The notes beneath the pieces were generated by a model. It was not told the DNA's origin. It worked only from the letters and a program-made list of their open reading frames with translations, and did not search any database. A stretch of DNA of 45,829 nucleotides from Candidatus Gottesmanbacteria bacterium RIFCSPHIGHO2_02_FULL_39_14 (lineage in GTDB: Bacteria; Patescibacteriota; Microgenomatia; 2-02-FULL-39-11): NCBI GenBank assembly GCA_001779205.1, contig MFJM01000062.1:1-45829 (forward strand), read 5' to 3'. A program made the position numbers and the translations under genes. Below, one piece after another: positions 44,799 through 45,829 of this stretch. Position 1 is the stretch's first letter, and each line of letters starts with the position of its first letter.

Positions 44799-45829
44799 AT
44801 GTTTAATAAATCAACTTTTCCCATTTACCCGCAAAAACAAGGCTTATTAAGACTGATTCCTCTGGGTGGAATCGGCAATGTCACTAAGAATATGTATGTT
44901 TATGAATACCGTTCAAATCCAGCAACGGTTTCCGATATATTAATCGTAGACTGCGGAGTGGGATTTCCCGAGGAGGGTATGTACGGCATTGATCTGGTCA
45001 TACCGGATATAAGTTATTTAAGAGATAAAAAAGATAAGGTGAGAGCCATTGTATTAACTCACGGACATGAAGATCATATCGGAGCCCTCCCCTATATTCT
45101 ACCTGAAATACCAGTTCCGGTATACGGGACTCTTTTAACAGCAAAACTGGCCGAGGTAAAACTTAAAGATTTCGGTTTACATCACAATATTCAGGTGGTT
45201 AATGAAAGGGATAAATTAAAAATCGGGCCATTTGATATTGAATTTATACATGTCACCCATTCAGTGCCGGATGCTGCCAATTTATTCATAAAAACTGCGG
45301 TGGGGAATTTTTATCACGGAAGTGACTTTAAATTTGACTGGACACCGATTGACGGTAAAAAAACAGAAGTAGCTAAAATTGCCAAAGCCAGCGAGGCCGG
45401 CATCACCTTATTGTTATCGGATTGTGTCAGAGTAGAATCGGAAGGATATACGCTTTCTGAGAGGAAGATTGAAGATAGCTTAGAAAAAGAAATAAGAAAT
45501 TGTGACGGCAGATTTATTTTTACTACCCAATCTTCAAATATCTCCAGAATACAACAGGCAATTGACGTCTCCATCAGAAACAACCGTAAAATTGCTTTTT
45601 TGGGCCGGTCGATATTAAAGAATGTTGAGGTTGCCAAGAAACTGAATTATATCCATATCAGCGATTTATACACAGTCGGAGAAAAAGAAATTCATAAAGT
45701 TAACTCCAGCGAATTAACATTGATAGTCACCGGCAGTCAAGCCCAGCCCAATTCGGTTTTGTCACGAATTGCCGAAGGAGCACACAAATATGTCAGAATA
45801 AAAAACGGCGATGTGGTGGTTTTCTCAGC
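44799..45829 (+). CDS. rnj: Ribonuclease J (metallo-beta-lactamase/beta-CASP), 3'-partial at the window edge; not in the ORF track
   Basis: Hand translation from ATG 44799 gives 'LRLIPLGGIGNVTKNMYVYEY', 'LIVDCGVGFPEE', 'GIDLVIPDISYL', 'VLTHGHEDHIGALPYI', 'HVTHSVPDA', 'YHGSDFKFD'. The frame is open to the end of the window. Confidence 0.9.
   Translation, partial: MFNKSTFPIYPQKQGLLRLIPLGGIGNVTKNMYVYEYRSNPATVSDILIVDCGVGFPEEGMYGIDLVIPDISYLRDKKDKVRAIVLTHGHEDHIGALPYILPEIPVPVYGTLLTAKLAEVKLKDFGLHHNIQVVNERDKLKIGPFDIEFIHVTHSVPDAANLFIKTAVGNFYHGSDFKFDWTPIDGKKTEVAKIAKASEAGITLLLSDCVRVESEGYTLSERKIEDSLEKEIRNCDGRFIFTTQSSNISRIQQAIDVSIRNNRKIAFLGRSILKNVEVAKKLNYIHISDLYTVGEKEIHKVNSSELTLIVTGSQAQPNSVLSRIAEGAHKYVRIKNGDVVVFS

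Noticed and set aside
45314-45637. 107-aa minus-strand ORF
   Set aside because: It is antisense to the clearly coding RNase J frame, which has beta-lactamase and beta-CASP motifs.
1-45829. Alternative genetic code (UGA recoding), CRISPR arrays, IS elements, integrases, rRNA and tRNA genes
   Set aside because: All conserved genes read through cleanly with the standard code, and UGA terminates infA. I saw no direct-repeat/spacer periodicity and no transposase or integrase motifs. The spacers longer than 70 nt contain no rRNA- or tRNA-like sequence.

Overview
The window is AT-rich bacterial DNA read with the standard code; UGA acts as a stop, for example at the end of infA. A minus-strand block of about 30 kb (7553..37081), interrupted only by short structured spacers, dominates it. 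Its gene order is rpoB-rpoC-rpsL-rpsG-fusA-[pdxS-pdxT]-tuf-rpsJ-rplC-rplD-rplW-rplB-rpsS-rplV-rpsC-rplP-rpmC-rpsQ-rplN-rplX-rplE-rpsZ-rpsH-rplF-rplR-rpsE-rplO-secY-adk-[extra P-loop kinase]-map-infA-rpmJ-rpsM-rpsK-rpsD-rpoA-rplQ-rplM-rpsI. A back-to-back promoter region at 37082..37301 leads into a plus-strand block: nusA-infB-[degenerate DHH protein]-rpsO-pnp-[protease-less Lon AAA+ module]-rnj (partial at the window edge). Four things point to a reduced genome of the CPR/Patescibacteria type, though this is an inference I could not verify by search: there is no rpmD (L30) between rpsE and rplO; no rplKAJL lies upstream of rpoB; IF-2 is minimal; and many r-proteins carry Lys-rich tails. The left 7.4 kb is accessory. 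It holds an RHH/PIN toxin-antitoxin pair with a palindromic operator, three small hypothetical ORFs and a Cys-rich VirB2/TrbC-like pilin candidate. It also holds a 552-aa polytopic membrane protein, a J-domain-PP2C phosphatase fusion and a membrane-anchored protein of unknown function. The J-PP2C fusion within this surface-protein island is my best candidate for something undescribed. I saw no rRNA, tRNA, CRISPR array, transposase or integrase.
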